A DNA stretch of 45,380 nucleotides from Trichoplax sp. H2 (Eukaryota), in the NCBI GenBank assembly GCA_003344405.1, contig NOWV01000022.1:744001-789380 (forward strand), written 5' to 3'. The notes under the pieces are model-generated. The model saw only the letters and a program-made list of their open reading frames with translations, made no database searches and was not told the origin of the DNA. Every line of letters starts with the position of its first letter. The stretch's first letter is position 1. Below, piece by piece: positions 12,128 through 24,058 of the stretch. A program made the position numbers and the translations under genes.

Positions 12128-15100
12128 TTAAGTATTTATATGTAGTCGTTTTACACCACATTCGCAGCAAAATTTTGCATTTTGAACTGGATATTTTGTA
12201 CCACATTCGTGACAGAATTTAGGTTTGGCTTGTGAAAGAGCGCTACTAGTCGAAGTATCATAAGTATCTTTATTTTGTCGACTTCCATTAAATGTACCTT
12301 TCGGAATTGTTCTGTTTTGGCTGAAAGATAAATATCTTTGTTTATTCCTGTTTACTTGAATACCTCCCTTATTACTGAAACTATTGTATACGTGTATATC
12401 CAAAATAAAAGCGCAAATTGAAACTCCGTCCATACCTGATCTTGCTTGCAGAGTTGCCAGATCTTGAATTTTCGTCTCCACTAGTTGTACGATGATAACC
12501 TTATGAAGATGGATTAAATTAAATTATGAATTGCGATCATCTTAAAATACACTATTTTGAGTACTAAGCCTAATGGATATCTACATGCGTGATAAGCTAC
12601 TTCTACGGATGGAAAATGAAATAGAAATTTATTTTTGAAGAAATGATACAAATACGTAAACATCCACCAGCGTGCGTTGTATATTCCAGCTCGCACATTA
12701 ACCACAAAGAAACACTTTATCTACTACGGAAGAATGATAGACTCACCATATGATGGCTTTTTAATACCAGTAGAAGGAGCTTTTAGCCCGTATGATCCAG
12801 TTGACTTTCCTCCTATCGTCATAGTTTTCTTGGAAGGTATCGAACTACTTGCAAATTGATCATGATTCTTAGCAGATCCGGATGAAGGCTTACGATCAAC
12901 TTGATCTATATTCGCCCTTGAGGTAAGTGCATTTCTACTCGTAGCAGATATTGGAGTTGACATCTGCTTACTTGAAGATCCTTTCGGCATAGGTGGTTTA
13001 TACTAAATTGATTGAAACGAAATATTGAATTGCAAAGAAAAATTTCAACATTATTGGCTTTACGCAATTAGTTACCTGAGTCCTCTTATTTAACTGCTGT
13101 TTTGCACTATTACGGGGTACTCTTTGAGATTGTTCTTTACAAAATTTAATATGGCGTTCAGCTGAGTCAGGATTAAAGCGCCGTTGACAATAAGGGCATT
13201 GAACAAGACTAGGATCAATTTTCGATGGGGGTGGAGGCGGTAATGGCTTGCCTTCCTTGACTGCTTGAGTTACTTTCCTTGCACTACGAATGGTACTAAG
13301 AAAGTCCTCATGTTTTTGTTTCCAGTTTCCTCCCTTTGGTTTATCCTGAATTATTCAGAATACGCGATAGCGATACTAACATTATACGATTTCATCTTAT
13401 GCTGTATCCAAATTTTAGTCTTAAGGTCTAAATATCATTACAAAAATTGCTCTATTTCAAGTGTTATACTTTTTATTATTAGCTTATAAATAGATAATAA
13501 TTTGGATTGATCTTGGCTAAACAGTATTAATTATCTTTTAATCGTAGCAACTTGCGCAATTATTGGAAGGTATATAAAATAAGCTCTTTCCAGACCACAG
13601 CAATGTTAAATCGTGTTTTATTTACTGCTAAATGTATTATTTCAATTCAACCATGCAATTTCACATATCTACTGTACAGTATAAGCCACTTCGGCAAAGT
13701 CTGAAATGATGAAATTCTATCATGGTATAAAATAGATATTGCTATTTACTACCTTCTTATCCGTTTCTTTTAAAGCTTTTAATGCTTGAGTTTTGTTTAT
13801 ATCCGTTCCAAGTATGCGTTGATTAAAAGAATTAAATACTTTCCTCTTCTTATTGGCAGATTTTTGGCAAATTTTCTCATGTCGAGCCTAAAAACGTTAC
13901 GCATTACATTTCTAATTTAGTATGCGCTTGCCAATCTCAAATTTGAATGTCTGTAATATATCGATATGAAGTGGTTTGTAATGTATACTATTGTAGATTT
14001 TCGATAATACATGATTATATCTACTCACCATAAAACTCTACAAATAAAAGTCATACAATCTTTTAACAAATGCTCATATCATACTAAAATATCGTAAAGC
14101 ATTATGTATACAATTATTATTCTAGGATAGGGTCGTATGAAGGATAATTAACATTTTACATAATATAAAAATTATTAAATTGTTATAATATAGTAAGACA
14201 CAAGGATTAGTTTTCACTGATCAAAATTAGGCTACTTTGTACAATTTCTGTAACTTTTAATAGATAAGACTAACTCAGTTTCCTGCTATACCTATCCTAA
14301 TGCCTTTTCCGTCGATAATAAACTTATCAAATAAAGTGTACCCACACGGCCATAATTTTATTAATAGCTACTTTAATAAATTCTACCTATTTGCTATTCA
14401 TTATGCTATGTATCAATAATATTTGATTATAATCAGAACTGTATGAAATGCTTATCTTTCCAATATAACATCTTATGAACGGTTGTAGTTATTAAATCTT
14501 ACTATAGTAAATAAAAAGTAATAGAGATACTACAACCAATAGTAGCGCAAGCTATAAGAAATGTAAGCTCAGACTGGGTATCATTTCTGCACTCTAATTT
14601 TACTTAATGGATTGAGTATACTCTACATAGTAAATAAATTAACCAAATAAAACGAGAGAAGCATAATTCAAAAGTTGAATCGGTCAAGAAACGGAAGCTA
14701 GAATAGTGATTATTCTATCTAATTATTAGTGTGAGTGCGTTACTGGGGCTATTTATTTGAAAACACTTTTTGAGAATGTATTTGGGTCATTAATGTGAGA
14801 AAATTGAGTAACAATGTTATACAGGGGATATAGTATATGTTTACTACAATCTACTATCATCAAGCAGGTCCATCTACGGGTATAGCAACTTATATTTACG
14901 CGTGCCGTTTCTTTTACTTACCAAGACATCGGGATTAAAGGTGCGTCCGCAATGACTACAAGGAGCGAATTCACTTGGATCGTAATCTGTAACAATCAAT
15001 TTTATGTATTCAAATAATATCAAGGCAATCTTATCATTTCTATTCATATCTCTATCAAAATATGGCCGAACTAGCAATCGATTATTTCATTCACATCTCT

Positions 15101-15272
15101 ATACCGTGATCTCTATGAAACGAGTTAGTTATAGTGGATTAAAGTGTACATCGTTAATTGAATTGCAAAACTCAGAGTTGATTAATTTTTCATTCAACCC
15201 CCTGATCCGGGTTGTGTTTATAATAACACGGAGAAAGATAAAATTTAGCCTACCTTCTATTTCTTCATCCAT
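12128..15272 (-). CDS. ZC2HC1A: Zinc finger C2HC domain-containing protein 1A (FAM164A), about 7 exons
   Basis: ATG at 15272 (MDEEIE|), then exons encoding APCSHCGRTFNPDVL, ARHEKICQKSANKKRKVFNS, NWKQKHEDFLSTIRSARK...PLPPPPP...VQCPYCQRRFNPDSAERHIKFCKEQ and a C-terminal KFCHECGTKYPVQNAKFCCECGVKR, nearly identical to the recalled human C-terminus. Confidence 0.92.
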
Positions 15273-16665
15273 CTTGAAGGGATCAGTATCAAAAGTTTGT
15301 GATGGATTAAGAAACTATATGAGATTATAGTAGTGCACGCTAGTGCTGCTTTTATGAGTATACGCGTATATATACAACACATTGTACATGGCCAGTAGTA
15401 CGAGGTGGTATACTGTGCTAAGTGCATACGTACTATAGAATATCAACGTACAGAATTCAAATTCCATTGATGACAACGCCTCCAATAACTGTCAGTACGT
15501 TATTAATTGACTACGATTTTTAGTACTATGGTTGCATACTGCACAAGACAAGGCATACAAGTAACATTATATTATCTACTCCCGTAATACTAATTTATAT
15601 CCAATGTTCGGTTTGAACTGCAGGTTGATAACAGTATAGACTTTATCAAAAATCTTTACGTATTCAAGTTGTATCCTAATATTGAGGGTACTGTGAACGT
15701 AAATTGGCGTAAAATAATTCAATATCTTTGCTATTTTATCGTCATGATCTGCTATCTCAGTTTATGTCAAGCACAAGCAGACATTAAATTCCCTGAAAGT
15801 TTCATGAAATTGGACTATATGAGGCTCTTTGCCGCAATTCTATCTATTGTATAATACTGTATATTAATGATTCTTGACTCAACTATAATAATACGACTAC
15901 AATATCAATCATATAATATTCGCATCAGAAGAAGTGAATCATATTTCTTGACCAGGAGAGATCTTGGCAATAAAACACACATGTACAGGCTTCAATCATT
16001 AATGTGTATATGGCCAGAGCTTGACTAATGGTTGACTTTCTTTTAACTTTGAGCTAAGGCCATAAAGTACTCGTTTTAAGCGTATTTATGATCATGTAAA
16101 CAATCAATGCGAGCTCTTTTCTATTTACAGTTAGAAAAGGACTTGGCAACGAAATAAGATTTTACTTATATTGATAACGATTGCTATGGTACTTTAGTAA
16201 AATATCCATCCATTGCTATAGAATTGGCCTTAGTTATTACATTATTATTTTCCTCTACTGTACATAATACAATCTAGAGTACAGTAGGAATGTTTCGTTC
16301 TGGAAAAGGCCTTGGCAACGATTTACGAGCAACATTACTCCAATCACTACAGCGTATATCATCTACGATGGTATTCCAGACGTTATGTTACGTAGCAGTC
16401 TTCTGCATTTGACGAAAAGCTATACCCTATTCAAAGTTCTAGCGCCAATTTATAGGCCGTTGGCTGGTAGTTTCAAAACTGACTTGACATGGGCTAGCTG
16501 GTAGTATGGTTGTTAACAAACTTGCAATCAGATTGCTATAGCAACGGAAGGTCTGGTCATGCGCACTTCTACAAGTAACTCGATGACGGTATTGGACCAG
16601 TTATTTTAACTGTATTTAAGCTCTCTTTTACCGTCCAGTGTACTCCAGTATACACTGCAGTACTA

Positions 16666-16835
16666 TGTATGATTACAGAGATAGCGTACAGTAAAATGAC
16701 CAGCCCCAAATTCTTACCAGCATTGTCAGTCTTTCCGTCTCATCCATCCTCGATTGGCCACGGATATTCCTAGCAGTAACCTGACTACTGTATTTTACAA
16801 GTCATTTTGACTGTACTTTACCTCTGTAACCGAAC
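16666..16835. mobile_element. MITE-like element copy 1 (imperfect ~32-bp terminal inverted repeats)
   Basis: Left TGATTACAGAGATAGCGTACAGTAAAATGAC versus reverse complement of the right end CGGTTACAGAGGTAAAGTACAGTCAAAATGAC; non-coding interior. Confidence 0.5.
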
Positions 16836-16880
16836 GGTGTACAGTAAGTGTGCGTCACTCCTTGGCTAGCTGACAGTCCC

Positions 16881-17083
16881 GTGTATGGTTACAGAGACAG
16901 CGTACAGTAAAATGACTAGTCAAAAAGTTGCTCATGCCAATGGGGTCCGGCACGGCGCGATACGGCACGGTACTGGTCATGTTTTAATCTTGTCTGTCCT
17001 GTCCATGGATTGGCCATATTTCTATTAGGAAGCGGATTCCTTTACCAGTCATTTTAAGTGTAGTTACCTCTGTATCCATACAC
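16881..17083. mobile_element. MITE-like element copy 2 (imperfect ~40-bp terminal inverted repeats, related to copy 1)
   Basis: Left GTGTATGGTTACAGAGACAGCGTACAGTAAAATGACTAGT versus reverse complement of the right end GTGTATGGATACAGAGGTAACTACACTTAAAATGACTGGT; interior shares TCCAT..GATTGGCCA with copy 1. Confidence 0.55.
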
Positions 17084-17424
17084 TATACTGCGTACAACTC
17101 TTTTCCTATTTTTTGGTACAAGAAACCTTTGTTCTTTGATCTGATCTCCACTCGAATAAAAGATCGCCAGATCTCTAGGAAAATGGTAGGGATCAGGCTA
17201 ATGAGCATACCTTTCTTGGCATCCTATAACATGAACCATTTGACCTTGTAGAAAGAGTGATTGTCCATTTCATCGTATGCCTTGTGTTAAGGCCATTCGC
17301 CCTCTCTGTAACGTCCACGGCACTGTACAAACATGGCTGATCTCGTCGGCTCATCCGTCCATCCCGTCTCTCCTTTTCAAAAGTGATCCTTGAATGACTA
17401 GAATAGGATTGATCGATCAGGTGA

Positions 17425-17662
17425 GAAGGTAACACAATGGAACCTTGTTCGATATCAACAAGTCTTTTGTAAGAATAACAATAGGAATAAATTGGGCAAC
17501 CAATGAGAGAAGAAATGGAATAGCGTGGGCGTAATTCATCAACGAAGGCAACACAATAGAACCTAGTTCGATATCAACAAGTCTTTTGTAAGAATAACAA
17601 TAGGAACTAATTGAGCAACCAATGAGAGAAGAAATGGAATCGCGTGGGCGTCATTCATCAAC
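17425..17662. repeat. Direct duplication of a 119-bp unit carrying CCAAT and GCGTGGGCG motifs, upstream of FDFT1
   Basis: GAAGG.AACACAAT.GAACCT.GTTCGATATCAACAAG... starts at 17425 and 17544; each copy has AACCAATGAG and GCGTGGGCG. Confidence 0.9.
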
Positions 17663-18123
17663 ATATGGGCATTGTGTAGTAAAGCAAATGTAGGCCACGG
17701 GGAGTGGGTTCGACACCGATTAGACCTACTCTGTACTCTATTTTGATACAGTATACAGGCGTTGGCTGGCGCTTCAACCCTATGCCCGTTGATCTTATGG
17801 TCATGGTCATTTCAAGCTGTACACTGTATCGTACTTTGTACTCATAGAATTGACCCGGCACTGAGGAATGTTTGATACAGTCTACTGTCCGTATGGATAT
17901 CCAGTCATCCCCCCTGGCTATTCACAATAACCCCCTCTACCACTTGTATTGCCCACTGACTCATGGATGATACACTACACTAGGCGTTGGCACCACCGAC
18001 TCGCCAACACTCATCGTCATCGTCGTTTTTTTTTGGCTCCTCCTTTTTCTTCCTCGACCTTTCCAACCAAGTGGACGACGACTTGCTGCAAATTGAAATT
18101 CATCTTATACCACTTCTGCCAAG

Positions 18124-21100
18124 ATGGAATTAGTCAAATCGATCACTCGTCCTAGCGAATTTCTTGCATTGATCCAATTCCAGTTTGGAGCGATGAAAAC
18201 TGTGCAAATCCAGGATTGGGTAAGAGAGCATGAGCAGATATCCAAATGATCATCATCAATTCATTTGCTCCTTTCTAGTAGCGAATGCATCGTGTTCTTC
18301 TTGGATCTCATCCAGATAGGAGTATAGAATCAATCGTCTGTCTATTGCTTATTGCTTACTGTATAAATCCAGCATTGGGTAAGAGAGCAAGAACGGATAT
18401 CCGATCGATGATGATGATGATCAATTCATAGGATAGTTCCTTTCCGATCATCATCGTCATCAATTCATAGGATTTGCTCCTTTCTAATAGCGAATACATC
18501 GTGTTCTTCTTGGATCTCATCCAAATAGGAGTATAGAATCAATCGTCTGTCTATTGCTTATTGCTTACTGTGCAAATCCAGCATTGGGTAAGAGAGCAAG
18601 AACAGATATCCAATCGATGATGATGATGATGAATCATCATCGTCATCAATTCATAGAATTGCCCCTTTCTAGTAGCGAATGCATCGTGTTCTTCTTGGAT
18701 CTCATCCAAATAGGAGTATAGAATCAATCGTCTGTCTATTGCTTATTGCTTACTGTGTAAATCCAGCATTAGGTAAGAGAGCAAGAGCGGATATCCAATC
18801 GATGATGATCATCATCAATTCATAGGATTGCCCCTTTCTAGTAGCGAATGCATCGTGTTCTTCTTGGATCTCATCCAAGTAGGAGCATAGAATCAATCGT
18901 CTATCTATTGCTTATTGCTTACTGTGCAAATCCAGCATTGGGTAAGAGAGCAAGAACGGATATCCAATCGATGATGATGGTGATCAATTCATAGGATTGC
19001 CCCTTTCCGATCATCATCGTCATCAATTCATAGAATTGCCCCTTTCTAGTAGCGAGTGCATCGTGCTTCTTGGATCTCATCCAAATAGGAGTATAGAATC
19101 AATCATCTATAGCTTATTGAAACATATTCTCGACAAGAATGTCAAAATGCAGTGATGGTATACTGTACACACACAATACAATATTGGATATGGTGCTAGC
19201 ATGATCCATAGATAAAAAAAAACTATCTATCGTGCAAACAGTGCTGTATTTGTGCTTGCGCTCATCGTTGCCTCTTTTCATTGCTTGAACACCATTAGAC
19301 CAGTGTTCAAAGACGTAACGGTAAACTGCTGTGGGAAGACTAAGCTGCTCGGTAGTGTTACATGACTACAAGCATAAAAACAGTATAAATTAGATGAGAA
19401 AATGGCTAAAGATATCAACAAGAGTTTTTGGGATTAACTTACCCTTGTCCATGCGTTCCATGATGCTATGAAATCGATCTATTATTAGAATAAATTTTTC
19501 AAATTATTTGTTGTCTTGAAGAATGATCGAAACGCTTCATTTGTTTAGAATACCACTTGAGTACAAATTATTCCAACCCAATGCTCCATGAATGAGTTAC
19601 TTTACAAATCTGCCGATATACTATTGCCGATGACTGCTATACCACGTTAATATTGCACATCGATAAAGTTTATTTTACCAACAGCTTATTCAGTAAACCG
19701 CTATCAATTATATAATATAATCTATTCCACGTGTTCTGAATGATATGCATACAGGATAGCGCTTGCCAGAATCAATCTCAACCATGATAATATCATCAGG
19801 CAATGATGAAATGGCAATTCTCTTACTTTTATTTACTTCGATAACCATTTTTTACCCATTTTAAAAAATCTTTCCTACACCCACTTTATACACAGCTCCA
19901 ATTCTACCTAGAACGTTGAGGTGTCTAGTATACATAAATTAGATAATCACAATATTTTCAAGCTAAACAATCCTCCACCATCATCATCCTCACTAAAATT
20001 GAACCCTCTCTACTTACAAAGTATAGTCAACGCTTGTACTTTGTCTTTTTATTAACACAAGATTGTATCGCCTTGAAAATTAGATTCACTATCCATCACC
20101 GTTTTGTACTCGCATACAGTTGTTTCTATCATACTCTTATACGTACAATTGGTAATATTAAATGATCGACTAGAAATGTATACAGCTAGGGTTGACTCTC
20201 ACAATATCAAGAAAATGCAATATTGACTACCAAATGAGCCATTTATATCACATTTCGCCACTACAGATCGAATTAAAAGTTATGCAATCAATTCAATATA
20301 CTGTATGCGCACCACTTCCATGATCAAATCATGTCATTCCCTGACTGTACGAGTAAGTATGCCGTCAAATCAATATTCTACCGATGCTGAATAGGTCATC
20401 GTAACTTCAGTTGGACCTTTTAATGCATTGCTAATACATTCCCTTTAGTGTAGGAATAAATTGAATTCAATTTATTTAATTTACATGGTGTTGAATAATT
20501 AAAACGCTTTTTCCAATCACAATTTTAGATTATAGATCAGGATTGCCCTGAAAGTACCTACTGTACTATAATAGAATAGATTCGGTTTTACAAGGCTGAA
20601 ATTGTAATCAATTTCATGATTCCATCATTGCAAGTATTTCCTATCAGAATACGAGTACATACAGCGCTGGAAAAAAAATACCCCTCAAAATTTTATTTCT
20701 CGCTGTTGCTTTAAAATGAGTTTGGTGTTCTTATACCAAAACGATTCTGATATATAACCTTCTCAATATTTATCAATCTTGCAAACGGTATAATATAGAC
20801 AACTACAATTGTAGCAGGACATACTACAACTTATGCTAGTGGTATAGTCTACATGTGTTTAGTTAAAAGGCCTTTTATCAACCATTTTAATTGTTTACTC
20901 TACATTTATATTGTACAAGTATTTTATCAAGTAACAATCTATTCGAATTTTATTTCGATTTCGTATATTGATCTACAATTGAAAATTGATTCGGCCATAT
21001 TATATGTATCCTTTTATTTGTAGTACGAATCGGCGATGGTTAACCATTTCTACGGCATTTAATTCATTCAATTATACGAGTATCAACTAGTTTGTGTGTC

Positions 21101-24058
21101 CTTATCATCCTACCAATTATATTTATATGTATTTTATTAATTGTCAGTCATCAAGTACTGTACTATATTTGTTTATGCTATGACGACTATCGATGATAGA
21201 GATGGATATTTTTGTATATCGCAACTATGGATTGTAACCAGACTTTGACAGACTGTCAATACAATCAATGCAGTACATTCTTCCTTTGCATTATTAATTC
21301 AATATTGCAATAGGAATGTGCATATGACTGCGATTATAGATATTTACTGTGGTCCCTAGTCACTTACGATTGATACAGCTTGCATCCTCTTCTATAACAA
21401 TTATCATTAATACTCGTATACTATATATTACAATACAATATTTAAAAGTGAGGCTTTAGCTATCATTTTTATGCCACTTAAAGAGTATTACAATATCATT
21501 TGTAGAACTACACATTTAAAGCCACCATTATGATTTTTGATGACTTTCGTTTTATAAGTACATAATATTCATTCATAAATTACTATCAACGTTATTTATC
21601 ATCTATAGCATACACTTGTGTCACTATTGGTTATGAATACCTTATGAAAACTTTATGGAAATTGATAACCAAATAATGACAGGATACCCTTAAAAACATC
21701 ATTCAGGCCAATCGTGTAGATATTAACATCATTTGCTCATATTTGTGTCTTGTAATGTATCTATCTAATGTTGTAGCAAGCTTCCTGCTAACATTATACC
21801 GAACATGAATATGTAATTATTAGTTGACGATACATCTACATAGTGCATTTAATAATGTATTATAACTCTGCTATCATTTCTTACCTCCTTTCATATGTTG
21901 TAGACAAAATTGTCCCCAACTCTTAAGAGGTGTTACCAATTTCTGGTTATGACAAGTCGTAGTTTTGCTTCTGTCATACAAGCCCTTGATGGGGAACTAA
22001 GGTTAGTACTGCTAATTATCATATTTTTCATCGTACATACTTTAAAGATACACATGGTAAAAATACATATTTCAATGAAAAAGTATACGTAATCATTTTA
22101 AGGATACTTTATCACATATATACGTACCAGTATATATATTTGAGATTATGACGTAAAGAGTTATGGTACAATTAACTCCTTTACTATAATTAATTATCAA
22201 CTAAAAACGATGCAGTTTATAATTGTAATTGCCCATATTTTACACCGGAAACTCAAATACTACAGTATCTATCGCAAAATTGGAAGGACACACAAACCTA
22301 CTTTCGTCAACATTACAATACTTTTGTGCTATTACAATATACATACAGTGGATTAGTAATAAATTAATTCAAATTGTAGCTACAAATCTATAACGTTACA
22401 GAACCAGTTATTGCTAGTCAATGGCTGATGAAGTGCATTTGCACATTATATTGAGATTTCAAATGTAATTATAGGGATGCTATATGTATATTTTATTTGG
22501 TCTTACGTGCCTTGGATACACTCGAGGACGATATGACGATTCCAGTTGAAGAAAAAACGGCCTTAATGAAAGAGTTACACGAAAATTTATACAACCCAGA
22601 GTGGAAATATAGGAGAAGTCAAGAAGTTGACAAAATTGTCTTAGAAGAGTTTCCAGTTGTAAGTAAATAACTTGTCACCCATCCAATTGGCTACGTAAAA
22701 TTGACCAATTAACCATTCTATTTCGTTGGTAGATTTCTGCGGAATTTCGAAATTTAGATAAATCTTATAGAGATGTTATACAAGAAATTACAAAAAGAAT
22801 GGCCGACGGCATGTGCAAGTACTTAGATTGTGCTGACGTCAACTCTTTGGAAGACTGGAACGAGGTAATTGTATACAACTGAATATTATAATTAATCGTA
22901 ATTTGGTATAACTCACTCACTAAGTACAAGTTTACTGAATCTAAATTTTTTTTTTCAATGGATTATTTTAGTACTGCCATTATGTAGCTGGTCTAGTTGG
23001 CATAGGACTTTCCAGAATATTTAGTGCGTCAAAGTTGGAAGATGAAATTGTCGGAGAAGATGAACCATTATCTAATTCAATGGGTCTGTTTTTACAAAAG
23101 ACCAACATTATTCGCGATTATTTAGCTGATATCCAAGAAGGGAGAAAATTTTGGCCAAAAGAAGTAATCTATTAAGATTGTTCTAAATTGAAATACTCAA
23201 AGTTAAAATAATTTGGATATAATTAAGTTAGAAATAATAAAGCGATAACTATTTCCGTAACGAAATTTACAAATGTTTTATAGGCCTGGTCAAAATTTGC
23301 AAAGCGACTGGAAGATTTTCAAGATGCTAGTAATAGGGATGAAGCCGTTCGTTGTCTAAATTTTTTAATTACTAACGCGTTACATCATGTACCGGATGCC
23401 ATCAAATACTTATCCAGATTAAGAAATCAGTCTGTTTTTAATTTTTGTGCTATTCCTCAGGTACTCAATGAGTCTGTATTTTATCCAACGATGGAAACAT
23501 ACGAACTTGACATTAATATGATAATAACTACATATTTCTTCTCTAGGTTATGGCTATTGGTACATTAGCAGTGTGCTATAACAATCCTAATGTTTTCACG
23601 ACTGTGGTTAAGCTACGCAAAGGTCAAGCTGTTTATATGATGAAGCGTGCAGTGAGTTTAAATGCTGCTAAAATAATTTTTCACGACTTTGCAGCTGAGG
23701 TAACTATTATTGTTCGTGATTAACTTACCTTACTCAATACACTACTACTATACTGTATACATAAGTAGAATAAAAACGGAATCATTATTAAATTTTTGTA
23801 ATTATTTTCATTGTGTATAGCTTTACTTTTAATTTTAATTGCGCTCTCACATTTTAAATTTAGATTGCGAAAATTGCACCAAAAAATGATCCAACTAAAG
23901 ATAAAACTCTCCAAATCTGTGAAACAATCTTGATGTTGACTCATGTAAAAGATTCCGGTTCATCCTACTTGCCAGTATTATCGGCCAGTAGTGTTGTTCT
24001 ATTTACGGCTCTTTGGTACTATTATAACGGAACCGAACAGGTCTATCGCTTTTCTTAA
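18124..24058 (+). CDS. FDFT1: Squalene synthase (farnesyl-diphosphate farnesyltransferase), 8 exons
   Basis: Exons 18124-18219 ([22 protein letters not shown]..., cf. recalled human MEFVKCLGHPEEFYNLVRFRIG), 21904-22001 ([17 protein letters not shown]), 22475-22658 ([14 protein letters not shown]), 22733-22864, 22972-23163 ([14 protein letters not shown]...[15 protein letters not shown]), 23284-23460 (FNFCAIPQ), 23547-23699 (VMAIGTL...VKLRKG), 23864-24058 (hydrophobic tail, stop). Confidence 0.96.
18199..19118. repeat. Tandem repeat, five ~160-210 bp units starting inside FDFT1 exon 1 and spanning its splice donor
   Basis: ACTGT..AAATCCAG.ATT.GGTAAGAGAGCA recurs at 18199, 18358, 18567, 18752 and 18921, with variable (GAT)n/(CAT)n tracts. 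Confidence 0.93.

Noticed and set aside
15004..15854. ORFs 15004-15330(+) and 15669-15854(+), considered as FDFT1 exon 1
   Set aside because: No similarity to squalene synthase; the convincing first exon is 18124-18219.
18199..19118. Repeat arrays considered as CRISPR-like (also 8395-9270 and 34141-34808)
   Set aside because: Long whole-unit duplications with no unique spacers, no cas genes and a eukaryotic context.
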